From Ignavibacteriota bacterium (GTDB taxonomy: Bacteria; Bacteroidota; Ignavibacteria; Palsa-1295), in NCBI GenBank assembly GCA_963776895.1, contig CAVZOL010000004.1, positions 128,402 through 192,401 of the forward strand: DNA of 64,000 bases. Reading direction: 5' to 3'. The notes beneath the pieces are model-generated. The model was not told the DNA's origin, did no database searches, and saw nothing but the letters and a program-made list of their open reading frames with translations. Both the position numbers and the translations under genes were made by a program. Shown in pieces: positions 1 through 10,582 of the stretch. Each line of letters opens with the position of its first letter. The stretch's first letter is position 1.

Positions 1-438
1 GTCGTACTCCTTCATGCCGAGCAGCGAGGCCATCGTCGGCTTCACCGTTTTGGCCATGAACTCCATCATTTTCGGCTTATCTTTATTAAGCTTCTCGAAT
101 CCTTCGCGCGTGGAAGGAAGTTTTGGAAGCTGCGGATTCGGCATTTTGAATTCACCGGTACGCGCACCGTTACCGTGGCAGGTTACGCATTTGAAATCCG
201 CAAAATGCTTTGGATCAAGGGTTTGGAATAAGGGTTTCATCTTCGGCATCACAACATCTTTCATGTATTGCTTGCGATCAGCTTTCGACATTTTTTCCCA
301 GTCGATGTTAGTATCTGCTTTCATCGCGGTCTCGTGGGCCACCGCAGGATGCATAGACAACGACGAGTTTGCAGCATTACTATAGAGAATCAGCGCAATG
401 GCGGATGCAAGAACCAGAATCGAAAGAGCTATTTTCAT
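1..438 (-). CDS. Secreted c-type cytochrome (runs off the window edge; absent from the ORF track)
   Basis: Manual translation from ATG at 438 gives MKIALSILVLASAIALILYS (signal peptide)...DFKCVTCHGNGARTGEFKMPNPQLPKLP, with a CxxCH heme motif. The frame stays open to base 1. Confidence 0.8.
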   Translation of the reverse strand, partial: MKIALSILVLASAIALILYSNAANSSLSMHPAVAHETAMKADTNIDWEKMSKADRKQYMKDVVMPKMKPLFQTLDPKHFADFKCVTCHGNGARTGEFKMPNPQLPKLPSTREGFEKLNKDKPKMMEFMAKTVKPTMASLLGMKEYD

Positions 439-534
439 AAAAATTGATCGTTATAATGGTTTAAACGCAAGAAGTGACGGCTAAGAACATCAAAGCCTGG
501 TAAAGGAATTTCCGGGAATCGCCATGATACCGGA

Positions 535-1305
535 TTATTCGGTTAATTTTGGTATCAACCGACCGAGAATTCCGTGCGAATAATGCCTCGCAACATTCTG
601 AATGAACGTCAGGAAATCCATCGGCGCGGAATGATCGGCTTTGTCCGAGATTGTGCGAATCACAATATATGGGATACCATATTCATGGCATACTTGCGCG
701 ACCGCAGCGCCCTCCATCTCGATGCAAAGTAAATCGGGAATCGCGGCGCGAAGCTCTTCGATCTTGTCCGGATGTGCAATGAATTGATCGCCGCTGGCAA
801 TCGTGCCAATATACAGGCTCCCCCGTGTAGCGCAAACTTCAGTTTGCGATTCCTCACGCGGGTCGCAAACTGAAGTTTGCGCTACACTAAGGAATTCCTC
901 AACCGCTTTTTTTGCAAGCTCGACTAACAGCGAATCGACCGGAAAATAACTTATTCCGAGAAATGGAATTTCATATTTAGATAAGATCCCAGCCGCGCTC
1001 ACATCGAAATCGTGCTGAATAAGCCGATCCCCGATCACAACATCACCAACATTTAGCTTTGTCGATACTGCTCCGGCAACGCCAGTAAAAACGATGAGAT
1101 CGACACCGAAATGTTCGATAAGCGTCGTGGCAGTTATTGCTGCCGCAACTTTTCCCCAATGCGAAAAAACGAGCACACAATCAGTGTCCGCAAATCGCCC
1201 GATGTGATAGGACCGACCACCTATTTGCTCGATCGATTCCGTTTCGAGTTCTTCCGCAATGCGGTCGATCTCCTGCGGCATCGCGCCGATAATTCCAAGT
1301 TTCAT
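535..1305 (-). CDS. mtnN: 5'-methylthioadenosine/S-adenosylhomocysteine nucleosidase
   Basis: MKLGIIGAMPQE start, GKVAAA, FTGVAGA, GTIASGDQF, IEMEGAAVAQV and RTISDKAD motifs. Contains a 21-codon palindromic insertion. Confidence 0.95.
   Translation of the reverse strand: MKLGIIGAMPQEIDRIAEELETESIEQIGGRSYHIGRFADTDCVLVFSHWGKVAAAITATTLIEHFGVDLIVFTGVAGAVSTKLNVGDVVIGDRLIQHDFDVSAAGILSKYEIPFLGISYFPVDSLLVELAKKAVEEFLSVAQTSVCDPREESQTEVCATRGSLYIGTIASGDQFIAHPDKIEELRAAIPDLLCIEMEGAAVAQVCHEYGIPYIVIRTISDKADHSAPMDFLTFIQNVARHYSHGILGRLIPKLTE
825..887. repeat. REP doublet (REPIN-like) perfect inverted repeat inside mtnN
   Basis: GTGTAGCGCAAACTTCAGTTTGCGA (825-849) and its exact reverse complement (863-887) flank a 13-bp spacer. 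Each arm is itself a GTAG-footed hairpin. Confidence 0.9.
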
Positions 1306-1308
1306 GTG

Positions 1309-1430
1309 AAGTGCTAAAGTGCTGAGTGCTAAAGTGCTAAGTATCTTTTGTAATAGAACGCCGGGAGAAACACTCATGTTAGCTTAAATTCTGGTCTTTT
1401 TGACTTAGCACTTTAGCACTTTAGCACTTT
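1309..1430. repeat. Two inverted arrays of short (7-8 bp) TAGCACTT tandem repeats in the mtnN/lgt divergent intergenic region
   Basis: AAGTGCTA-like units at 1309-1342 and TTAGCACT units at 1403-1430. Confidence 0.85.
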
Positions 1431-1432
1431 TT

Positions 1433-2320
1433 ATGCATCCAGTTCTTTTTCACATCGGCCCGATCACGCTATACAGCTTTGGCCTCATGATGGCCACGGC
1501 ATTCCTTGTGGCCAGCTATTTTTTCACACTCGAACTGCGCCGAAGAGGACTTGATGAACGGATGGCCGGGCAGATAACCATCATCTGCCTTATTGGCGGG
1601 GTTGCTGGAAGCAAATTATTTTCGATCCTCGAAAACTGGTCGGATTTTATGCACGATCCGAGAGGCCAGCTATTTTCGCCGGCAGGGCTAACTTTTTATG
1701 GTGGGTTCATTGTCGCTGCTCTGTGGGTCTATTTTTACGTTAAGCGTAAAGGACTCCGGTTTCTTCTTTTCGCCGATATGATCGCCCCGGTGGTGCTGCT
1801 TGCGTATGGCATCGGTCGCATTGGCTGCCAGCTTGCCGGCGATGGCGACTATGGTATTCCTTCGCGGCTGCCGTGGGCCATGTCCTATCCACAGGGAACT
1901 GCGAAACCGACGTACACGCTCATCGACTATTTCAAGACGCATCCTTTAGAGCGCGCACAGTGGCATTATGATTCCCTTGCCGCGATCACCGTTGGGCGCG
2001 ATGAAATGGGTGGGCGCATTTCCCGGTTCGATGAAATTGTGACTGTTCATCCCGCACCTGTTTACGAGACGCTGTTTTGTGTTATTGCCTTTTACTTTAT
2101 CTGGACGAACCGCAAGAAATTCGATGGCGAGATCGGTAAAGTGTTTTCTATCACCCTCATCGTAATGGGCGTGGAACGATTGCTTATCGAATTCATCCGT
2201 ATCAATCCACTTTACCTGGGCCTTTCGATGGCACAGTGGATCTCAATCGCGATGATCGCGGTGGGAGGGTGGATGCTGGGATTTTATTTTCCGGGGAGGA
2301 AAGTGGCGTTAAAGATATAA
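1433..2320 (+). CDS. lgt: Prolipoprotein diacylglyceryl transferase
   Basis: MHPVLFHIGP start, GLTFYGG, GRIGC, HPAPVYE and RLLIEFIR motifs; multi-pass membrane protein. Confidence 0.93.
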   Translation: MHPVLFHIGPITLYSFGLMMATAFLVASYFFTLELRRRGLDERMAGQITIICLIGGVAGSKLFSILENWSDFMHDPRGQLFSPAGLTFYGGFIVAALWVYFYVKRKGLRFLLFADMIAPVVLLAYGIGRIGCQLAGDGDYGIPSRLPWAMSYPQGTAKPTYTLIDYFKTHPLERAQWHYDSLAAITVGRDEMGGRISRFDEIVTVHPAPVYETLFCVIAFYFIWTNRKKFDGEIGKVFSITLIVMGVERLLIEFIRINPLYLGLSMAQWISIAMIAVGGWMLGFYFPGRKVALKI

Positions 2321-2331
2321 CTGTCGAAACG

Positions 2332-2748
2332 CTAACTGAACTTCCTTTTAGAAGGAAGCCATTCGACTTTTACACCATGCGCTTCCAGCTTTTTGAATTC
2401 GGGATCGCCCGTGAGAACTGGAATATCCTTCAGGAGTGCAAGGGTCGCAGCAAAGCAGTCGGCATAAGACGCATTTCCACCGCCTTTCCAATGCGCGGCC
2501 TCCATAATCTCGGAAAGCGTTGGGACATGAATCTCAATTGGTAGCGCTTCGGCGATCTCGCGCGATGCTTCGGCGTGTTCGAAGCCATTCTTCATGGCAT
2601 CCGTATAGTAAAATTCTCCGTAATTGATCGCGCTCATCCAATGATGGAACCCGTTAGTATCGGCATCGAAAAGATGGTCCCGAACGATCTCCCAACCGGG
2701 CTGATGCTCGAAGAGCACAACAAGCGCAAAACTATCGAAGACGAGCAC
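2332..2748 (-). CDS. vapC: VapC (PIN-domain) toxin
   Basis: VFDSFAL...SAINYGEFYY...SYADCFAATLA...LTGDPEF PIN acidic tetrad; directly downstream of an AbrB-fold gene. Confidence 0.9.
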   Translation of the reverse strand: MLVFDSFALVVLFEHQPGWEIVRDHLFDADTNGFHHWMSAINYGEFYYTDAMKNGFEHAEASREIAEALPIEIHVPTLSEIMEAAHWKGGGNASYADCFAATLALLKDIPVLTGDPEFKKLEAHGVKVEWLPSKRKFS

Positions 2749-3011
2749 TACGATCTTCGGCGTTCGTTCATGAGGATATCCAGTCCCTTACCATCGGCTC
2801 CCATAAAGCCGATCGCTTTCTGGATCGCGGCTCTTGCGGGGCCAACAGGATTTTTTGGACTCATTCTCTCGGCGGAGTGAATGACGAGGTCATTCCCTCG
2901 CTCCTGAATTCGGAGCCGCGCGCCGAGTTTCATTCCGTGCCGATTGCGAACTTCGGATGGAATGTCAAAATGGCCCTCACCATCAACCGTTGCTTCAAAT
3001 TCCATGAACAT
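2748..3011 (-). CDS. vapB: AbrB/MazE/SpoVT-family antitoxin
   Basis: TVDGEGHFDIPSEVRNRHGMKLGARLRI swapped-hairpin signature; abuts the toxin start. Confidence 0.85.
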   Translation of the reverse strand: MFMEFEATVDGEGHFDIPSEVRNRHGMKLGARLRIQERGNDLVIHSAERMSPKNPVGPARAAIQKAIGFMGADGKGLDILMNERRRS

Positions 3012-3207
3012 GCACTTTTAACGATTCCCCGTGTGCAAATCGTTCTTTATTACACACGCCCATGAGGAAGTATCTAATAATAAGTCGGAATATTTATATT
3101 ATTACTGAAACTTTGTTGATATTTTTGTTGTTATATTATAGGGCGAAAATTTGTCCCCACTTTAAATCTTCAAATTTCTTCACATTTAACGTTGTGCAAA
3201 ACTTGCT

Positions 3208-3948
3208 ATGAAACCCTATCAACAATTATCGATCGATGAATTATTCGAACAAGAACGAGGCGAACCTGCAAAAATTATTTGGCGGACGAATCCGCGGCTT
3301 CGCGGCGGCGTTCCAGATCCGCAGGATGAAAACCTCATACAGATCGCCGGAAACGCTATTAATATCGTAGCGGCTCGTCATGTCCGGATGAATGTTCACC
3401 GGTCTGTTCGGATGGCGCTCGAACTCGCCGCTTCCGGCTCTCGTGTGCTCTATCTCAATAGCTATGCAGGTACCGATTTGCTCCGCGAAGCGATCTATTC
3501 CCATATTCCCCACAGCGATGCAGAAAGCAAACCCATCCGCGAGCGGGTTTCGATCATGGCATTTCCTTATGGGATGATGGGCCGGTGCCTTTCGGACGCT
3601 CGAAATGCAATTTATGAAGACATCGAGGACGATGGATCGGACGAGGACGAAGAATCCGGCGAGACCGAACGCGCACAGCATTGCGATGTCGTCATTCTGA
3701 ATTCCTTCGAATTTTCAACGTTCGATTACCGGGATAAGGTCACACTTGCATCGGAAATGCTGGAATGGGCGCAGGCTGTGCCGATCACGCTTGTCATTTT
3801 CACGCAGGAGTTGAGCACCTATATGTCGGCCGGTAGCCCAGTACGCGGCCCGCTTGGACTTCTCACCGCTGCTGCCGCAACGGTTTCGAAGATTGGCCGG
3901 ACTTCGCGCGAACTACAAATGGAAGAGCTTGAAAATGCTATGGAGTGA
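3208..3948 (+). CDS. Hypothetical protein, possibly a degenerate RecA/KaiC-like P-loop fold
   Basis: 246-aa ORF after an AT-rich promoter region. The segments ALELAASGSRVLYLNS and CDVVILNSF resemble RecA-fold strand 2 and Walker B, but there is no GKT/S. Confidence 0.55.
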   Translation: MKPYQQLSIDELFEQERGEPAKIIWRTNPRLRGGVPDPQDENLIQIAGNAINIVAARHVRMNVHRSVRMALELAASGSRVLYLNSYAGTDLLREAIYSHIPHSDAESKPIRERVSIMAFPYGMMGRCLSDARNAIYEDIEDDGSDEDEESGETERAQHCDVVILNSFEFSTFDYRDKVTLASEMLEWAQAVPITLVIFTQELSTYMSAGSPVRGPLGLLTAAAATVSKIGRTSRELQMEELENAME

Positions 3949-4051
3949 TAGGATGCGCATCCAGCTCATCGAAAAACATCTTTCTCACAGAAGGAGAATT
4001 ATGAATACGCATCCAACACACACTATAAAGTTTGTTGGAACGGGGAAATTT

Positions 4052-5143
<1,092 letters not shown>

Positions 5144-5152
5144 CTATCTCAA

Positions 5153-6361
5153 CTAATGTAACACTTCAATAATCTTACTCTCACTACTTTGAGCGGTCTG
5201 GGCACGAATGAAATAACACCCATTCGGAAGCCCGCTGAGATCGAGCGTCGTGCTTGCAGATTGGATGATTTCTTTTAGCATACTGCGGCCAATTGCGTCT
5301 GTAATTTCAATTTGGCTGGGACCAAATGGTCTTATTCCGGAAACCGTAACCAAGCCCGAAGTTGGATTCGGGAAAATCGAGAGATCGAAAGAAGCGGCAT
5401 CCGAGACAGCTACGGAAGCGGCTCCAGGAATCGGAATAATGGGTGTGGGATATTCCTTCGATTCGGTCTCGATGGGATATCCAGTATTGACAACTTCGAA
5501 ATCATTCCCGGTAATGGACTTGAGCTGGCCGATGTCATCGTCCGGCCAGTTCGGGTTCCATTCGCCGGTGATATACCATGCCGAGCCATTATCGGCGAGT
5601 ATGATCCCATATTTTTTCAGCGCGGTAATAATCACTTTGGCATAGCCGGTGTCCTGGGAATCATCATAGCTCGCTTTCAGCCTCATGCGCGTGCCCATGG
5701 GCATATACGTCGTATCGGTGATGGAACTGGCTTCATGCCGCGCCGGGAAGATCCAAGCCTGTTGCGTATGCGGAACAGTAAATCGAAGCGCATGATCGAT
5801 CGCGCCGGCCTGGCATTCGTACAACCTAACGAGGCCGGGAAAAATCGGAAGACCGGCGGCATCGCAGGAAGTCCATCCGTCGGGGCGATAATTATTAGAG
5901 TCGAGCGCGAAAATGGCCGTGGATGTGGCCGACCATCCACCATTGGCCTCCTCTGGCGCGCCCTGATATAGCTCATAGAGATGATGATTGCTCGTATCGA
6001 CGACGAGCACATGGGAATCGCCATCATCCTCAATTCGAGCATTGAGCGGAATCGGCATCGGCCCCGGATCACTTTGGTCCGAATAACCTTCGCTATCGTT
6101 AATTGCGACGAACGGCTGGGAACCGTTCACAGCCTCCCATGGAATACCATAATCGGTGTCGCTCCCAAAATCAGGATGGACGTGGATCGTCCCACCTACT
6201 GACGCGATATAGGCTGCTGAATGGGCCGAGTCCACAGGCAGCGTATCTATGCGAACATTCCACGGATTATTCGATGGGAAAATTTGGCAGGTGCCAAGCG
6301 TTTGGGCTGAAACTGCCGCAGGAAACACAATGGCAAAGTAAACTAAAAAATGTGATTTCAT
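5153..6361 (-). CDS. Secreted protein with T9SS type A C-terminal sorting domain
   Basis: Signal peptide, conserved-looking core (FPSNNPWN...DAAGLPIFPGL...IDHALRFT...KKYGIILADNGS) and C-terminal IFPNPTSG...GCYFIR...KIIEVLH. Confidence 0.85.
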   Translation of the reverse strand: MKSHFLVYFAIVFPAAVSAQTLGTCQIFPSNNPWNVRIDTLPVDSAHSAAYIASVGGTIHVHPDFGSDTDYGIPWEAVNGSQPFVAINDSEGYSDQSDPGPMPIPLNARIEDDGDSHVLVVDTSNHHLYELYQGAPEEANGGWSATSTAIFALDSNNYRPDGWTSCDAAGLPIFPGLVRLYECQAGAIDHALRFTVPHTQQAWIFPARHEASSITDTTYMPMGTRMRLKASYDDSQDTGYAKVIITALKKYGIILADNGSAWYITGEWNPNWPDDDIGQLKSITGNDFEVVNTGYPIETESKEYPTPIIPIPGAASVAVSDAASFDLSIFPNPTSGLVTVSGIRPFGPSQIEITDAIGRSMLKEIIQSASTTLDLSGLPNGCYFIRAQTAQSSESKIIEVLH

Positions 6362-6410
6362 GGTGCGAAGGTTTTAATTATTGAATGAGAACGCTTAAAG
6401 AAGCTAAAAG

Positions 6411-6928
6411 TCACACTTCCTCATGTGCCTCGTCCGGCGTAATCGGAATCGAAGACGTAATGCTAATCGAATAGGGCGCGATGGAATCTATTCCACTTAC
6501 GCCGCTTGGCGATGACACCACCCCTTTCTTATATTTGATTCCGCTCCAGATTTCTTCGATCACGCACCGGCTGGTCTCGATCAAGTCCAACGATTCTGCA
6601 AGCGTTTGTACCGTGTTCGATCGTAAGATCCGTCTTTTGGCCCTCTGATTTTTTGCGGGCAACAGATCCAGATTTTTCCATCTGGCTCAAGACGTTGGAT
6701 CGCAATTGGAAAGAATTCCCTAAGCAGCACGCGGCTGGCAGTGAAAAGAAGGATGAGATCGTAGGTGCCCGTGACAACATCAGTATCGTAGTTCCCATCT
6801 TCCACGCCAATACGCTCCGCAAATCCATCCGGAGCCCACAGCAACGCGATAGTCATACCCTCCGGCTTCACGCCGAGTTTTTTGGCAAGTGACTCACCCG
6901 ATCCGGCAGCTGGGCGATGGGATCCCAT
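6411..6928 (-). CDS. DUF3052-like protein, copy 2 (frameshifted; start uncertain)
   Basis: SLAKKLGVKP...LILLFT...LEPDGKIWIC in one frame; KTDLT and VIEEIWSGIKY in other frames. Confidence 0.6.
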
Positions 6929-7040
6929 CAGTGTGTTAGAGCTCCCTTTTTGTTCTCGGCATTATAAACTTCTACTGGAAACAAATGCGAATGTAAAAAT
7001 AACGCAAAGAAAGCATTTCCGTTTCCGACATTGGGAAATA

Positions 7041-7493
7041 TCAGCGATCTTGCGCGGCAACCCGGCGGTGCATGAATTTGAGTCCACTCCACACTTGGTC
7101 GATTGCGCAAATTTTGACATCGACAAGACCCGTGGCGAGTCCGATCAAACGTACCGCATTTTCTCCCAGATCCGTTTGCATTCCAGATGTTTTTTTCGGC
7201 CAGGATATCCAAAGAATTCCTCCACGTTTGAGCCGCTTGGCGAGAATAGGGAAAATTGCTTCGAAAGCGCAACGTGCTTGCAGTGAAAAAGTGAAGATAA
7301 TCGTACGATTCCAGATCGAGCGAGGTATCGAACTCTTGAATACCAATAAGCTCAGCAAATCCATCGGGCGCTTCGAGAATGGCTGTTGGCAACACCTGGC
7401 TTGAGTCCAAGCTTACCAGCAAGCGGACGCTTGGAGTAACCTGCGGATCGCATTAGCAGCCCTAATTTTGGAAGATTTCTTTTTCCGTGGCAT
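7041..7493 (-). CDS. DUF3052-like protein, copy 1 (frameshifted)
   Basis: AGYSKRPLAGKLGLKPG, LKRGGILWISWPKKTSGMQTDL and LVDVKICAIDQVWSGLKF segments are spread across frames. Confidence 0.75.
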
Positions 7494-7498
7494 AAAAT

Positions 7499-8210
7499 TT
7501 AGTCCGGAAATAACAATCGAAGAACAGCATTGGAATCCTCGAAGGATCTAATTTCTGGAACATTTTTATCGGGTATATCTATCGTGTAACAATTATACCA
7601 AATGCCCCGAATGCCGACTGCGCGAGCACCTAAAATATCATTCTCCCACGAGTCACCGATCACAACTGCTTCTTCCGGCTTACATTCCAGCCGATCGAGC
7701 GCCGTTTGGAAAATACGAATATCGGGTTTAGCATATCCTGCTTCTTCCGAGATCGTGATGCTATCGATAAGCTCCAACAACTCACAATATCGAAGTTTGT
7801 CCATCTGCTCTTCCACTAAATTATTCGTGACAATGGCAGTCTTGAGTCCGCGGTCACGAAGCAAGCGAAGCAGGCGCTTTGCCCCTGGCACAGCCCGCCG
7901 CGATAACTGATAGCTCGCGCGATAGTGTTCTGCAATACTTCCCAGTTTATCGGGTACAGATTCAATGCCATATTGCGTAAGGAGCATTCCAAATCGCTTG
8001 GTGCGAGCATCATCCGGTGAAAGTGTTCCAGCGAGTACTTCTACATGCACGCTATTCAGAATTTCGAGATTTGCAATTTCCAACGCATCCAGAGGAATGC
8101 TGCCAAGCTCTCGTGTGAATTCACTTTTGTAAAGCTTTAAGCGCCTCACGCGAACTGTGACGATGATCGAAAAGAGTATCATCTAGATCAAAAAGAACTG
8201 CTTTAAGCAC
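7499..8210 (-). CDS. HAD-family hydrolase (frameshift near the 5' end)
   Basis: GTG start gives LKAVLFDLDDTLFDH (motif I); IVTNN, KPDIRIF and IGDSWENDILGA follow in the ORF-track frame. Confidence 0.88.
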
Positions 8211-8947
8211 AGACGTATGCACTGCCTTTCATTCCCGCTGATGGACAGAGTTCTGAAACAACACACGCAGAACACTTCGGTTTCCTGGCATCACAGATTG
8301 CGCGGCCATGCAGAATTAATACATGCGAGGTGAGCGTCCATTGGGAGGGCTTCGCAAGCTTCATCAAATCCCGTTCAATTTTTTCCAGGGTCGGAATTTT
8401 TCGATGAATCCTAATCGTCCCGAAAGCCGCGTAACATGCGTATCGACTGCAATGCCTTCTGATTTTCCGAATGCATCGCCAAGCACAACGTTCGCAGTCT
8501 TGCGCCCGACACCGCGCAGCGTGGTGAGTGCTTCCATCGATTCAGGAACCTTCCCACCAAATTTCTCCACAATATCCGTTGCCATCGACTTCAGCGATTT
8601 CGCTTTCTGATCGATAAAATCCCGTCGATTTTAATCACATCCTCAATGTCTGCAAGTTCGGCATTCGCAAGTACTTTCGGGTTGGGAAATGCCTTGCGAA
8701 ATTCCGGCATGACCATATTTACGCGCTTATCAGTACATTGCGCAGAAAGAATGGTGGCGGCAAGCAAGCTCGTACGCATTAGCGAATTCAAGCGCGATTT
8801 TGCTTCAGGATATTCTTATGCAGCCGCGCAAATATTTTTTGGAACCGCGCTTTTCGATCTTCGAACGATTCGTCTTTTGGCAATGCTCGCGGGTCTAGAG
8901 CGCCATCGCCGGATTGTGTTTTCTTTTTCAGTTGTTTTTTTAGCCAT
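8203..8947 (-). CDS. nth: Endonuclease III (several indels)
   Basis: ATILSAQCTDKRVN, HhH motif LRGVGRKTANVVL, IAVDTHVTR and the [4Fe-4S] motif HGRAICDARKPKCSACVVSELC occur in successive frames. Confidence 0.92.
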
Positions 8948-9626
8948 TTGAATCTCTCGAAATTTTGCAATACCCTCAATTCCTTCACGTCCGGCAATAG
9001 CTGTGAGCGAATCGGATTCGGATCGATTATACCGATAGGTCGGAATATCGATTTTATGAATTGTCGCACCGGCTTTTTCCGCGCGAGCGAAGAAATCGGC
9101 ATCGTCGCCATACGCTATATCGTGAAAACCCTGCAAGCGTTCCGCGAGATCGCAGCGAATGACAAACGTTCCACCAACCACACATTCCGATATCGGAATT
9201 TGTCTGCGATGGGTCGTGCTTGTTCGCGACCATATCCGGCCCAATAATTTCAACACCACCATGCAGAAGTTCCACTTCCGGACGCTCTTTCAAATATTCC
9301 GCGCGTAATGCATAGATGTTCCGGTAGCGTATTCATCGTCCGAATCGAGAAAGGTAATATATTTCCCCGTTACTCATTTTAATTCCGATGTTACTCGCCA
9401 TGGCGAGGCCGTGATTTCGTGGCATAATGATAACGAAGCCGTTCATCACTTCGGAACAAAAGGTCGGATAATTTCAAAACGTGTTCATCGCGCGAGCCAT
9501 CGTCAACAATAAGAGTTCCCAATCTGCGAAGGTTGTGCGCGATACGCTTTCGAATCGCGCGTCCCACAAGATGAGCACGATTGAACGTCGGCAGAACAAC
9601 GGAAAAGAAGGGCGCAGCGGTGCCAT
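8939..9626 (-). CDS. Family 2 glycosyltransferase (heavily frameshifted)
   Basis: Fragments PTFNRAHL, FADWEL, YITFLDSDDEY and YGDDADFFARA...TYRYNR are scattered across frames. Confidence 0.75.
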
Positions 9627-9634
9627 TGAAGATC

Positions 9635-10510
9635 CTATGCTTCCAGTAAACCCATTCGAAGAAGTTTTTGCCGAAATTCTTCTGCTTCGCGTTTTGTGAA
9701 ATCAGCGAGTGGGAGCAGGCATGGCATTCGTGAAAGTCGATCGGAAATAGAGCTTGGAAGCATTTGCGAAAGTAATTTTGCCTCTTTACCGGAGAGTGTT
9801 ACAGCGTCCAGCCAGTAATCCCGAAATGCTTCAAAGGACTTGGGAAAATATTGCTTCGCAAGATCGAAAATGGCATTGGCATAGACGCGGATCTCATATT
9901 GCGCCGTCGCTTCCATGCGAAGCTGCAAGAAGCGAAACCAATTCAGAAGATTGCCTGTGACAACAAATGTTGAATAGTGTGAGACCGGCATATTCAACCG
10001 AGCCAGTTCCCGCGCAACATTATGCGTTTGAATCAGTGCGTTGTATTCTTCTTCGAATTCCTGCTGTTCCTCGTGCCATTGCGTGACAAAACCCGCAGCA
10101 TCGGGATGCTGCTCTCCCGAACCCTGATGGTTACTCTTCGCCTGATAGGAGACACGCTTGACGTCAGGTGTATAATAGAGTGGATCGAGCTGCTTATAAC
10201 GGCCCGATTCCTCGTTGTAACTAAACGTGCGGTGACGAAACCACTCGCGGATCACCATGATCGGCGCGCGTACTTCGAATTTCATAACACTGCCTTCGAA
10301 AGGAGTCGTGTGTTTGTGACGAAGCAGGAACCGGATGAGCGTAGTCTGCTGTGCTTCGCTGCGCGCGGCTACGCCGGTAGAGATGCGGGCATCGCTATCG
10401 GGTGATGAATCATCGCCCATTACATTGAGCAGTCGGACATAGCCGTTATCGAGGACGTACTTTTCGTTTTCGAAAGTGGGATTGAGTGGCATGGAAATAT
10501 CCTTATACAA
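9635..10510 (-). CDS. thyX: FAD-dependent thymidylate synthase
   Basis: HTTPFE, REWFRHRTFSYNEESGRY (RHRx7SxR signature), RELARLNMP and AQYEIRVYA. Confidence 0.96.
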   Translation of the reverse strand: MYKDISMPLNPTFENEKYVLDNGYVRLLNVMGDDSSPDSDARISTGVAARSEAQQTTLIRFLLRHKHTTPFEGSVMKFEVRAPIMVIREWFRHRTFSYNEESGRYKQLDPLYYTPDVKRVSYQAKSNHQGSGEQHPDAAGFVTQWHEEQQEFEEEYNALIQTHNVARELARLNMPVSHYSTFVVTGNLLNWFRFLQLRMEATAQYEIRVYANAIFDLAKQYFPKSFEAFRDYWLDAVTLSGKEAKLLSQMLPSSISDRLSRMPCLLPLADFTKREAEEFRQKLLRMGLLEA

Positions 10511-10582
10511 AATTTATAACAATCATGCTAATGGAATTGTTGATGTACAAAAAGATGTATGATTATTGTTAAAGTTGAGGGT

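Noticed and set aside
14-385. Plus-strand 123-aa ORF, and the many long antisense ORFs over gap, act, cta and nrdJ
   Set aside because: These are shadow frames of well-supported genes on the opposite strand and carry no recognisable motifs.
6411-9626. Cluster of apparent pseudogenes or programmed frameshifts (DUF3052 pair, HAD, nth, GT2)
   Set aside because: Numerous small indels hit unrelated conserved genes whose motifs are otherwise intact. This pattern fits low-coverage long-read error better than biology; read polishing is needed.
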